Shown in pieces: positions 40,911 through 50,013 of a stretch of DNA of 64,000 nt (the stretch's first letter is position 1; each line of letters starts with the position of its first letter). The notes below the pieces were generated by a model that worked only from the letters and a program-made list of their open reading frames with translations, ran no database searches and was not told the DNA's origin. The stretch covers positions 124,001 through 188,000 of the IMG/VR virus record IMGVR_UViG_3300044701_000569; one strand, 5' to 3'. The position numbers and the translations under genes were made by a program.

Positions 40911-42288
40911 TTTTGCCGATTTTTTAAAAACACTAAACATTGAAGTAGATGTTGTAGCCAATTCTTTTGTCTATTATGATCCTACAAACGGAAAAATAGA
41001 AAAAATAGGTAACAAATATGTCAAAGACGATTCGTTATCAATACTAGAAGTTCATCACAGCACTGTAACTGATATTATAAATGGTACTAAGAGTCCTGAT
41101 GATTTTATTGTAGAGTACGATGTAGCTTTAAAACAGTTAGCTCTAAAAGAGAAGACATACGAAGATAACAATTCTAAAATAGATACTAGCATGCATCGCT
41201 TGCCTGTAGTAAGAACAGTTTCAGATGAAGCAGGCGACAGAAGTTCTTTAATTTTTAACGGCATCTACGACGGTGTTGAAGTTTTTATGTGGATTAGCGG
41301 AACTAGATTTACAAAAGGTATGCTAGTTTGGTATAAGAATACTGTTTACAAACTGTTAGAAGATATCGAATTAGAAGAGTTTGACGAATCAAAGGCAGAC
41401 GTATTTGTAACTGATGTAGTTGTATCTAATATAAAAAGCATTAATCATTTTGTTGAATACAAAGTCATGTTTAAATCTATTTTTGAAGGTGTACACGTAG
41501 ATGTATGGTATAGAGACCTAGAACATTTACCAGGGCAGCATGTTTGGATTTACAACAATGTTTATAGAATTAGAGAACATCAATCAGCTGATACTTCTTT
41601 TAATTTAGAAAATGCAGAACTTGTTCTAAGCAATGTTTTGCTGTATGGAGATATTAACAAATCTTTAACATTTGTTTCTGTGCTTTCCCCAGGAGATAAA
41701 ATTTTAGATAATAACAGGCTGTATCTTTGCTTAGATGAAAAGCTAAACGCAAAGATGCAAGAAAAGTCAATTGTTTTTTATACTTCAAAATATCAAGGAC
41801 TGTTATATGACGAAGAATTAAAAACTCTTACAAAATTTTCCTTTACTGAAAAGCATAATAAACTTCTAGCAGACAATGAAAAAATAAAAGATACTATTGA
41901 GTTGCTTGATAATAGCACTATTGAAGATGGCGCAAAGGTATTAATTGGCAAAAATTTGTACCTAGCTACTAGATTAGAAGTACGAGATATTGATGTAAAT
42001 GTTGTTCAAAATAATTTATTAGGTTGCTGGGAAATTTACCTAGGTAAGAAGACCAAAAGAAGTCTTCAAAAAATTAGTTATGTAGGACAAGACACATTGT
42101 ATTTCAGTGTTACATCTAAGTACGATCCTAATATACTTTATAGAACAATGGAATTTTCTTTAAGCAAACTGTTAAACGATGTTTCACAAATTTATCCCTA
42201 TCAAAATGATTGGGAACGAACTAGAGAAGATGTAAGTGTATACACTTCTAAGTTTTTTGATACCTACTCTCATGAGGTACTAGAATGA
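40903..42288 (+). CDS. hypothetical protein with degenerate CBM5/12-like repeats
   Basis: WISGTRFTKGMLVWYKNTVYKL and WYRDLEHLPGQHVWIYNNVYRI repeats; ATG 40903 overlaps the upstream stop. Confidence 0.6.
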   Translation: MSNFADFLKTLNIEVDVVANSFVYYDPTNGKIEKIGNKYVKDDSLSILEVHHSTVTDIINGTKSPDDFIVEYDVALKQLALKEKTYEDNNSKIDTSMHRLPVVRTVSDEAGDRSSLIFNGIYDGVEVFMWISGTRFTKGMLVWYKNTVYKLLEDIELEEFDESKADVFVTDVVVSNIKSINHFVEYKVMFKSIFEGVHVDVWYRDLEHLPGQHVWIYNNVYRIREHQSADTSFNLENAELVLSNVLLYGDINKSLTFVSVLSPGDKILDNNRLYLCLDEKLNAKMQEKSIVFYTSKYQGLLYDEELKTLTKFSFTEKHNKLLADNEKIKDTIELLDNSTIEDGAKVLIGKNLYLATRLEVRDIDVNVVQNNLLGCWEIYLGKKTKRSLQKISYVGQDTLYFSVTSKYDPNILYRTMEFSLSKLLNDVSQIYPYQNDWERTREDVSVYTSKFFDTYSHEVLE

Positions 42289-43208
42289 GCCAAAAAATTA
42301 AAGTTGTTGATTATGACATCATATACCTATCCTATGATGAACCAAATGCCGAAAAAAATTATGCAGATTTGTGTAAAAAGATACCGTGGGCAAAACGTGT
42401 TCACGGTGTTAAAGGATCCGATGCAGCACACAAAGCCTGTGCTCGTCTAAGCGAAACTGATAGGTTCATCACAGTTGACGGTGACAATGTTGTTAGAGAA
42501 GAATTTTTAAATCAAGAAATTGATTTTGTTGAACACACAGATCTTACAAATTGTGTAATCAGTTGGAGCGGCCGCAATGCTATCAACGGGTTAATGTATG
42601 GTAACGGTGGATTAAAATGTTGGCCTAAAGATTTTGTTCTCAATATGAAAACACATGAAGCAGCGGATCCAACAAACAAACACGCACAGGTTGACTTTTG
42701 CTGGGATGTGCAGTATATTCAAATGAACAGTTGTTATTCAGATGTATACAACAATGCTACGCCTGCACAGGCTTGGAGAGCAGGTTTTAGAGAAGGAGTT
42801 AAACTAGCTCTTGATAGAGGAGTAAAACCTTCAAAGGAAGACTTTCTAAAAAATCATTGGCGTTGTTTGCATTGGCTTTATATTTGGACAATGGTCGGAA
42901 CTGATATTGAAAATGGTAAATGGGCAATACTAGGGGCTAGAGAGGGTCTTTATAAAACTATGCTTACTGAATGGGACTATGTAAACGTTCGTGATTTTGA
43001 ATACCTTAATGATCTTTGGGCTAAAGAATTTGAAGCAATGCAAGATTCTGACATTGATTCTAGAACTACATTTCTTGGACAAGAACTTAGTGAAAAACTA
43101 AGCATTCCTATAGGTGAAGTACTAACATCGGATCAAAGTAAATTTTTTAAAACAGTTTACGAGCATCCTGCTAGAACTGATCACCAAAGGTTTATTGAGC
43201 GCCTATGA
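42285..43208 (+). CDS. glycosyltransferase-like protein (GT-A, DGD motif), paralog of 56199
   Basis: YDIIYLSYDEPNAE..Y..L......KRVHGVKGSDAAHK.CA...TDRFITVDGDN, LMYGNGGLK, AWRAGFRE.VKL. Confidence 0.62.
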   Translation: MSQKIKVVDYDIIYLSYDEPNAEKNYADLCKKIPWAKRVHGVKGSDAAHKACARLSETDRFITVDGDNVVREEFLNQEIDFVEHTDLTNCVISWSGRNAINGLMYGNGGLKCWPKDFVLNMKTHEAADPTNKHAQVDFCWDVQYIQMNSCYSDVYNNATPAQAWRAGFREGVKLALDRGVKPSKEDFLKNHWRCLHWLYIWTMVGTDIENGKWAILGAREGLYKTMLTEWDYVNVRDFEYLNDLWAKEFEAMQDSDIDSRTTFLGQELSEKLSIPIGEVLTSDQSKFFKTVYEHPARTDHQRFIERL

Positions 43209-44599
43209 GCAAAAGCTATTACAATATTAATGCAGAAAATATTAGAGAAGAACTAGATAAAGTAAGTTGTTCTATGTGTCTTGCTAAATGGACACAAGTT
43301 ACTATGCATTTGCATAACGGACACACACATAGCTGTCATCATCCTGTTCCCCATAAGATTCCTCTAGAAGAACTACTAGAAAGTCCCCACGCACTACATA
43401 ATACACGTTTTAAAATTGAGCAGAGAGAAAAAATGCTTAAAGGTGAACGACCTAAAGAGTGCGACTACTGTTGGAATATAGAAGATTTAGGCAAAGACTA
43501 TCTCAGCGACAGACATTTTAAAAGCGGAGAATATTGGAGTTCAGAATACAAAGATGAAATTCTAAAAGACCCACTACGCAAGGATTTTCTTCCTACATAC
43601 CTAGAAGTTAGTTTTTCAAATGTTTGCAATTTTAGCTGCATGTATTGCAGTCCGCAGATTAGTTCAAAGTGGGTTGACGATGTTAAAAGAAATGGTCCTT
43701 ATGATCTAGGTGATTTTAAACATGCTGATTTAAGTTATTTAGATCAAAAAGGTTTAACTCCTATACCTGAAAGGGAAGACAATCCTTATATTGACGCATT
43801 TTGGGAAATATGGCCTGAGTTATATCAAAAACTTAGAGTGTTTAGAATTACTGGTGGAGAACCTTTACTAAGCAAACATACTTGGAGAATTCTAGAGTAT
43901 GTTCAAGCTAATCCTAATCCTAACATTGAAATAATTATCAATAGTAATTTGTGTGTGCAAGATAATTTTATTGATAGATTAATAAAAATAGGTAATGATC
44001 TTATTACTAATTCTAAGGTAAAAAGATTTGAAATCTACACCAGTGTTGAGAGTGAAGGACGCCAAGCTGAATATATACGTCCAGGATTAGATTACGACAA
44101 ATTTATAAACAATCTAATACGTGTGACTACTGAGATGCCAATGATTAAATGGCGTTCAAAAGTAGTAATTATGGCAACATATAATCTGTTGAGTATACCT
44201 AGATTTAGAAAACTACTTGAATGGTTATTAGAGTACAGAAAAACTCATTCAAACCCTCAATGGAAAAACATTTGGATTGATATTAGTTATCTTCGTTATC
44301 CTAGTTGGCAAACGGTTAGTCTAGCTGACGAAAGTATGCTAAAGATTATAGAATCTGATCTTGAATTTTTAAAAGCAAACGATCAAAATATTGTAGGTTG
44401 GCACGGATTTCAAGATACAGAAATTGAAAAGTTTGCTAGAATGTATAAGTATGCTGTTGAGTCAAGACAGAAGCTAAATCCTATAGAAAAAGAACGTTTT
44501 TACAATTTCTTTAACCAGCATGATCAACGCAAGGGTTTTAATTTTGTAGAGGTGTTTCCTGAGTTGGAAGAATTTTATAATGACTGTAGATCGAAGTAA
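43205..44599 (+). CDS. radical SAM enzyme with an N-terminal Cys/His-rich twitch-like domain
   Basis: CNFSCMYC (CxxxCxxC), ITGGEPLL, INSNL; N-terminal CLAKW...HSCHHP...CDYCW. Confidence 0.92.
   Translation: MSKSYYNINAENIREELDKVSCSMCLAKWTQVTMHLHNGHTHSCHHPVPHKIPLEELLESPHALHNTRFKIEQREKMLKGERPKECDYCWNIEDLGKDYLSDRHFKSGEYWSSEYKDEILKDPLRKDFLPTYLEVSFSNVCNFSCMYCSPQISSKWVDDVKRNGPYDLGDFKHADLSYLDQKGLTPIPEREDNPYIDAFWEIWPELYQKLRVFRITGGEPLLSKHTWRILEYVQANPNPNIEIIINSNLCVQDNFIDRLIKIGNDLITNSKVKRFEIYTSVESEGRQAEYIRPGLDYDKFINNLIRVTTEMPMIKWRSKVVIMATYNLLSIPRFRKLLEWLLEYRKTHSNPQWKNIWIDISYLRYPSWQTVSLADESMLKIIESDLEFLKANDQNIVGWHGFQDTEIEKFARMYKYAVESRQKLNPIEKERFYNFFNQHDQRKGFNFVEVFPELEEFYNDCRSK
43779..43807 (+). repeat. 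29-nt exact direct repeat, copy 1 (copy 2 at 45148-45176)
   Basis: acaatccttatattgacgcattttgggaa occurs identically in both adjacent rSAM paralogs (encodes NPYIDAFWE). Confidence 0.85.
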
Positions 44600-45917
44600 A
44601 CTTTCAGAATACCATTTAATACATCTAAAGAAAAGTGACGAGATTTCGTCTACTTTCTGTTCTGCTAAATGGCATATGGTTACCCTGCATCTTGCACAGG
44701 GAGAAACTCATAGTTGTTACCATCCGTGGACACACAAAGTTCCCCTAGAAGAATTAAAAAATAATCCAGGTGCAATACATAATACACTCTTTAAAAAGAG
44801 TCAACGTAAACTTATGCTCAATGGAGAACGTCCTAAAGAGTGTGAATACTGCTGGCGTATGGAAGATTTAGGTAATATCAGTGATAGAATAATTCGTAAT
44901 GCTGAACCTTATGCTAAAAATGACCTAGACACTTTTAAAACATACACTGGCGACGAGGATGTCTACCCGCGCCATGTAGAAGTGAGCTTTAGTACAACCT
45001 GTAATCTTAAATGTTCTTACTGTAATCCTACAGTAAGTTCTAAGTGGCTTGAAGAAGTTAATCAATATGGCGGTTATAAAACAAGTACTGAGTTTAATGA
45101 CTATATCAAACCAGGTAAACCTCTACCATTTATATTAGATAGAGAACACAATCCTTATATTGACGCATTTTGGGAATGGCTACCGGACGCATACCCTCAT
45201 ATGCATGTCCTTCGTGTCACTGGCGGTGAGCCTCTTATGAGTAAACACACGTTTACTCTGCTGGATTACATTGCTGAAAATCCTAATCCTAAACTAGAAG
45301 TTGTAGTTAACTCTAATATGTGTGTGCCTGATAAGCTGATTGATCAAGCTATAGCAGCAGGTAAAAAGATAGTAGAACGTGTGGGTGTATTTAAGATGTT
45401 TGCAAGTCTTGACAGCGTTGGTGCTCAAGCCGAATATCAACGTTACGGTTTAAATTTTGAACAGTTTACAAAAAATGTAAGACGTTTCTTAGATGAAATC
45501 CCCAACAGCAAAGTTTCATTTACTTGCACCTTTAATGTATTCAGTGTTCCTAATGTAAAAGGCTTTATGGAATATATGTATAGTTTACATAAAGATTACG
45601 GTAAGAGAATAAACTTTGACACACCGTATTTGCGTTTTCCACCACATCAGTGTGTACAGATATTGCCAAATGAGTATGTAAAATATTTAGAGGCTGCTGA
45701 AGAATACATGATAGAAAAGTCATTTCCTCAGCTTACAATTGACAAGATTCAACGATTAAAAAGTTATATGACAAATAAAACTTTTACAGAAGAACAGTTA
45801 TCTACGTACAGAAAAGACTTTGTTATATTTGTAGACGAACACGATAAACGCAGAGGAACAAATTTCTTAGAGACTTATCCTGAGCTAAAAGAATTTTACG
45901 AGTTGTGTAATGAATGA
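44580..45917 (+). CDS. radical SAM enzyme with an N-terminal twitch-like domain; tandem paralog of 43205
   Basis: CNLKCSYC, VTGGEPLM, VNSNM; N-terminal CSAKW...HSCYHP...CEYCW. Confidence 0.92.
   Translation: MTVDRSKLSEYHLIHLKKSDEISSTFCSAKWHMVTLHLAQGETHSCYHPWTHKVPLEELKNNPGAIHNTLFKKSQRKLMLNGERPKECEYCWRMEDLGNISDRIIRNAEPYAKNDLDTFKTYTGDEDVYPRHVEVSFSTTCNLKCSYCNPTVSSKWLEEVNQYGGYKTSTEFNDYIKPGKPLPFILDREHNPYIDAFWEWLPDAYPHMHVLRVTGGEPLMSKHTFTLLDYIAENPNPKLEVVVNSNMCVPDKLIDQAIAAGKKIVERVGVFKMFASLDSVGAQAEYQRYGLNFEQFTKNVRRFLDEIPNSKVSFTCTFNVFSVPNVKGFMEYMYSLHKDYGKRINFDTPYLRFPPHQCVQILPNEYVKYLEAAEEYMIEKSFPQLTIDKIQRLKSYMTNKTFTEEQLSTYRKDFVIFVDEHDKRRGTNFLETYPELKEFYELCNE
45148..45176 (+). repeat. 29-nt exact direct repeat, copy 2
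   Basis: Identical to 43779-43807. Confidence 0.85.
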
Positions 45918-46770
45918 AATTTACATTAAATTTTCTAATGACTCGTATATTCAGATAGAATTATTAAAAAATAATTTTGTTGATGAATGGCTAGAAGTTT
46001 TTCAAAAAACTTCTAAATCAAATATTGGAACATTTAGAATAACTCCGCTAGTAGGATTAGAGTATTGCGATAATGAAATTAATAAATCGATAGATCGTCT
46101 TAATGAAATTTTTGCCAAACTTAACTCTTTAACAGGTGTATCTGCCAACATTCCGGTGTTAACAAGACAAAATATATCAAGAAAACTGTGCAATAAAATA
46201 CATCGTATTTTTACAACTCTTGTAAATTCTCAAGGTACAAAGTATAATTTTGGTTCGTCAATTCAACTTAACGGATTAGATTTAAAAAACCATAGAGATT
46301 TAATATATGAAATAAACGACAACATTCATTATGTTGAAAAAATTTTTCATGCTAACTCAGAATTTTTAAAAAATAATCAATCAAATTATGGATTGTTAAA
46401 TTTTAAAAACAAAAAAATAGAAAAAATTAGAAAAGATTATTTTAAATTTTTAACTAATGACACACAGTATGATGTTTTTATAAACGCAAATATTTGCGGC
46501 AAAAGCTATTTAAATTGTTTTTGGGACAATGATATACCAACAAATTATGATATAAAAAACGAAGAAAGTTATTGCGCTGATTTAGAATTTTTTATTCATA
46601 AGCCATCGTTTATTGACCTTATGCAGTATACTGAGTTTACAAACTGGTTACAGAAATATAGTCTTCCAGTTAATAATATAACATCTGGCAGAATGCCTGT
46701 AGGTAAAATAAAGGACAAACTGCTTAAAGATACAGACAGCATAGAAATAAAGAATATCGAATATGCTTAA
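45910..46770 (+). CDS. hypothetical protein, paralog of 53717
   Basis: Shares IH..F, N..IH..E, GK.....F..N, W, G..(P/E)VG.I spacing with 53717..54547; overlaps both neighbours by 8 nt. Confidence 0.65.
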   Translation: MNEIYIKFSNDSYIQIELLKNNFVDEWLEVFQKTSKSNIGTFRITPLVGLEYCDNEINKSIDRLNEIFAKLNSLTGVSANIPVLTRQNISRKLCNKIHRIFTTLVNSQGTKYNFGSSIQLNGLDLKNHRDLIYEINDNIHYVEKIFHANSEFLKNNQSNYGLLNFKNKKIEKIRKDYFKFLTNDTQYDVFINANICGKSYLNCFWDNDIPTNYDIKNEESYCADLEFFIHKPSFIDLMQYTEFTNWLQKYSLPVNNITSGRMPVGKIKDKLLKDTDSIEIKNIEYA

Positions 46771-47719
46771 AAAGATTTGGTTTAAAAAAGATTATGAAAC
46801 TTTTTTTATTACATGGAGTTTACATAACCTATGTAACTTTCGCTGCGACTACTGTCCACCAAATTTAAATAACGGCACTACAAAAAATATTTCATTTAAG
46901 CATGTAGAAACGTTTTTTAACAATCTAAGACAAAAGTTACCAAACAAAAAATTTATATTTGCATTTAGTGGCGGAGAACCAACTCTTCATCCTGAGTTTA
47001 TTGACATGATCAAATATCTTAGCGACAATGGTTGTGAAATATGTATGACCTCAAATGGTAGTAGGAGCATTGATTGGTGGCAACGTGCAGAACCTTATGT
47101 TGATCACTTAGTTTTTAGTTATCATCCTGGTTGGACTAAACCTACAAAGCTAAAAGAAAATATAGATTTTTTAACACAAACTAGTTGGGTAAATCTTGAT
47201 TTGATGATGAATCCTACTCATTGGGACGAAATCATTTCATTAGGTGAATCTTTTAAAGACAAGCCTAATATTGCTGTAACTTACTTGCCAATACAAAAAG
47301 ATTTTGGTAATGGTGCTAATGGTTTAATTGATTACACAGAACAACAGTTAGAATTCCTTAAGAATCCTCCTAATTACTGGGGAAAGTTTCAACCTGCTAA
47401 ACATAAATTAGAAAAATGTAAAGGACAGTTTGGTAGAGGGTTAAAATTTATGGAAACATCTGAAGGAACAAGACAGTTAGATTACAAATATTTAATTGCA
47501 AACGATCTTAATAGATTTAAGGGTTATGAATGTAACCTAGGCATGGAAGGTCTAATTGTTGAAATAAACGGTGATATATACAATGCTTATTGCCATGTAG
47601 GAGGTGTTGTAGGTAATATTTTTACCGGCGAATATAATCTAACAGACACTCCAACTATTTGCCCTGCTAATTATTGTTCCTGTTCAGTTGACATTGAAAT
47701 CTCAAAGAGAAAAATATGA
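46763..47719 (+). CDS. radical SAM enzyme with a C-terminal Cys-rich twitch/SPASM-like domain
   Basis: WSLHNLCNFRCDYC, FSGGEPT, TSNGS; C-terminal CNLGMEGL..EINGD...AYC...CPANYCSCSVD. Confidence 0.92.
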   Translation: MLKKIWFKKDYETFFITWSLHNLCNFRCDYCPPNLNNGTTKNISFKHVETFFNNLRQKLPNKKFIFAFSGGEPTLHPEFIDMIKYLSDNGCEICMTSNGSRSIDWWQRAEPYVDHLVFSYHPGWTKPTKLKENIDFLTQTSWVNLDLMMNPTHWDEIISLGESFKDKPNIAVTYLPIQKDFGNGANGLIDYTEQQLEFLKNPPNYWGKFQPAKHKLEKCKGQFGRGLKFMETSEGTRQLDYKYLIANDLNRFKGYECNLGMEGLIVEINGDIYNAYCHVGGVVGNIFTGEYNLTDTPTICPANYCSCSVDIEISKRKI

Positions 47720-49032
47720 CTAAAAAAAGAGACAGTTTCTGCATAATGCCTTTCATACATCTTCATAATATGAGCAGTGGTCTTATGAAGATGTGCTGTA
47801 TAACAGAAAAGCCAATTGTAGATGATTTTGGTAAAACTGTTTTTATAGGCAATCAGCCTATCAACGAAGTGTGGAACAACAACTTTATGCAGACTGTGCG
47901 CAAGTTTATGCTTGAAGGCAAAGAACTTTCATTATGCAAAGACTGCTATGATGTAGAAGATAGTGGTGGCAAAAGTTTACGTAATGAATATAATGAAAAT
48001 TACAAAGAACAATTTACACAGTTTATTGATGAAGCAAAAACTAATGATGGCAAGATTAAAACGTTTCCACCGTTTATTGAATTAAGAACTGGGAACAACT
48101 GTAATAGTGCTTGCCGTATGTGTAATACTAATGACAGCAGCTTAGTATATAAAGAAAACACAGAAATTCACAAGACTCTAAAATCTAATGGGTTTGATTC
48201 TCGCACAGTAGAACACGGATATAGAATGATGGGAGATCCTGAGAAAATTATTTTTGGTCTACAGGATGATAGAATGCAGACTAGGGTAATGGACTTAGAT
48301 AAGCATTTTGATGAAATAATTGAAAACATACATCATATAAAATTAATTACACTCAGTGGTGGAGAACCTTTCCTATTAGAAAAAACAGCAGTTCTTTTAG
48401 AAGAACTTGCAAACAAGAACCCTAATGTAATTTTATACATTAATACTAACGGATCTATTCTTAGCGATAGATTAATATCTGCTCTAAAGCGTATTGAAGA
48501 AGTTAGAATCTGCGTAAGTCTTGATGGACATGGAGCTATACAAGAGTATATTAGATATCCGCTCAAATGGGAAAAGATTGAAAGAAATATCTATCAATTA
48601 AAATCTTTAACCAAGAAAGGATTTTATCTAAATTTTAATATTACAGTACAAGCACTGAATGTACTCAATCTAGATCCTTTATTAACGATGCTGGTAACTG
48701 ATTTTATTGGACATCATGTTAATCTTTCATTCTTAACAAATCCTACACATTTTGCTGTTCAGCAGTTACCACAGGCTGTAAAAGAACGAGCAGTTGAGCT
48801 TAACAAGGAGTTAGCTAATAAAATAAATTCAGTGCCATCATTGCCTGGTTATTTTACTGAAAACAAAGTAAGACTAGCAGAACGGTTACTTGAATTAAAT
48901 TCTTTTATGCTAGCAGAAACAGCGCCTAATCCTGAAATGTTTGAAAGATTTAAAGCTAACATAAAGATTTATGACTATTACAGAAAACAACAGCTCGCAG
49001 ACTATGCACCAGATTGGATTCCTTTTCTATGA
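47716..49032 (+). CDS. N-terminal twitch-domain radical SAM enzyme
   Basis: CIMPFIHL...MCC...CKDCY..E..G.KS.R; ELRTGNNCNSACRMC; LSGGEPF; INTNGS. Confidence 0.92.
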   Translation: MTKKRDSFCIMPFIHLHNMSSGLMKMCCITEKPIVDDFGKTVFIGNQPINEVWNNNFMQTVRKFMLEGKELSLCKDCYDVEDSGGKSLRNEYNENYKEQFTQFIDEAKTNDGKIKTFPPFIELRTGNNCNSACRMCNTNDSSLVYKENTEIHKTLKSNGFDSRTVEHGYRMMGDPEKIIFGLQDDRMQTRVMDLDKHFDEIIENIHHIKLITLSGGEPFLLEKTAVLLEELANKNPNVILYINTNGSILSDRLISALKRIEEVRICVSLDGHGAIQEYIRYPLKWEKIERNIYQLKSLTKKGFYLNFNITVQALNVLNLDPLLTMLVTDFIGHHVNLSFLTNPTHFAVQQLPQAVKERAVELNKELANKINSVPSLPGYFTENKVRLAERLLELNSFMLAETAPNPEMFERFKANIKIYDYYRKQQLADYAPDWIPFL

Positions 49033-50012
49033 ATAAATTTGTTAGAATAATTAGAGACGGAGAATACACAGACTACACTCCGCAAGATTTAATACACAAC
49101 GATGTAAACAAATTTTCAGGCTGGAAATGTAGTGCAGGTTCTGAAGGTCTGTTTATTGATTGGGACGGTAGTGTGTGGCCTGCTACATGTGAAGTAGGAA
49201 GAAAAAATTATTATCTTGGATCTCTCAAAGATGAACATCCTATTAAACTTTTAAATGAATACATAGATTGCTATCATAATTATTGTCCTTGTTTAGTTGA
49301 AATATATCTTCCTAAATATAAAAGTTCTAAAAACGAACTTAACGAGATTAAGGAAGGTGCAGTAGATTTATCAGATTTTAGTGCAGTAACACGAGCCAGT
49401 AAGTTTGATAGAGATAGAAAATATATCATGTGGGCTTTTGGTCGCAAGTGTAATTTTTCTTGTTCTTATTGCGATGATAACAGTCACAGTAAGCTAGATA
49501 GTGATTTAGTAGAACTAGCAGCAGTTACTAAGGCACTTGGGTATGCTGAACGTTTTAGAGAAGGCAAACCTTTAATGTGGAGTTTTACTGGCGGAGAACC
49601 TACAATTAATCCGTTATTTCTAGGACTAGTAAAGAATTTAAGTAACAAGGGCGACGTTATTACAGTAGCAACTAACGGTAGTGCGCCTAGCGAGTATTAT
49701 GCAGAGTTAGCAAAATATGCTAATATAAATATCAGTGTGCATTTTGAATTTTTAAAGCCAGAAAAACTTCGTCGCATTACAGAATCAATTATATCATCAC
49801 AACCTCATTGGTTTGGATTAAATTTTATGATTATGCCAGGTAAAGCTGAGTTAACATATTCCTATGCATCAATACTATCGGATATACCGAAGTTTAAAGA
49901 AACTGCCACAGTACATTTTGATATTTTAAGAAAAAAGAATACAGGTATATATGAGATATATTCTGAACAGGACATGCAGATAATTAACAAATTAAAGTTG
50001 GGTGAATATTAA
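49029..50012 (+). CDS. radical SAM enzyme with the Cys-rich auxiliary domain moved to the N-terminus (permuted order)
   Basis: N-terminal NKFSGWKCSAGSEGLFIDWDGSVWPATC...CYHNYCPC, then WAFGRKCNFSCSYC, FTGGEPT, ATNGS. ATGA overlap gives start 49029. Confidence 0.9.
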   Translation: MNKFVRIIRDGEYTDYTPQDLIHNDVNKFSGWKCSAGSEGLFIDWDGSVWPATCEVGRKNYYLGSLKDEHPIKLLNEYIDCYHNYCPCLVEIYLPKYKSSKNELNEIKEGAVDLSDFSAVTRASKFDRDRKYIMWAFGRKCNFSCSYCDDNSHSKLDSDLVELAAVTKALGYAERFREGKPLMWSFTGGEPTINPLFLGLVKNLSNKGDVITVATNGSAPSEYYAELAKYANINISVHFEFLKPEKLRRITESIISSQPHWFGLNFMIMPGKAELTYSYASILSDIPKFKETATVHFDILRKKNTGIYEIYSEQDMQIINKLKLGEY

Positions 50013-50013
50013 T

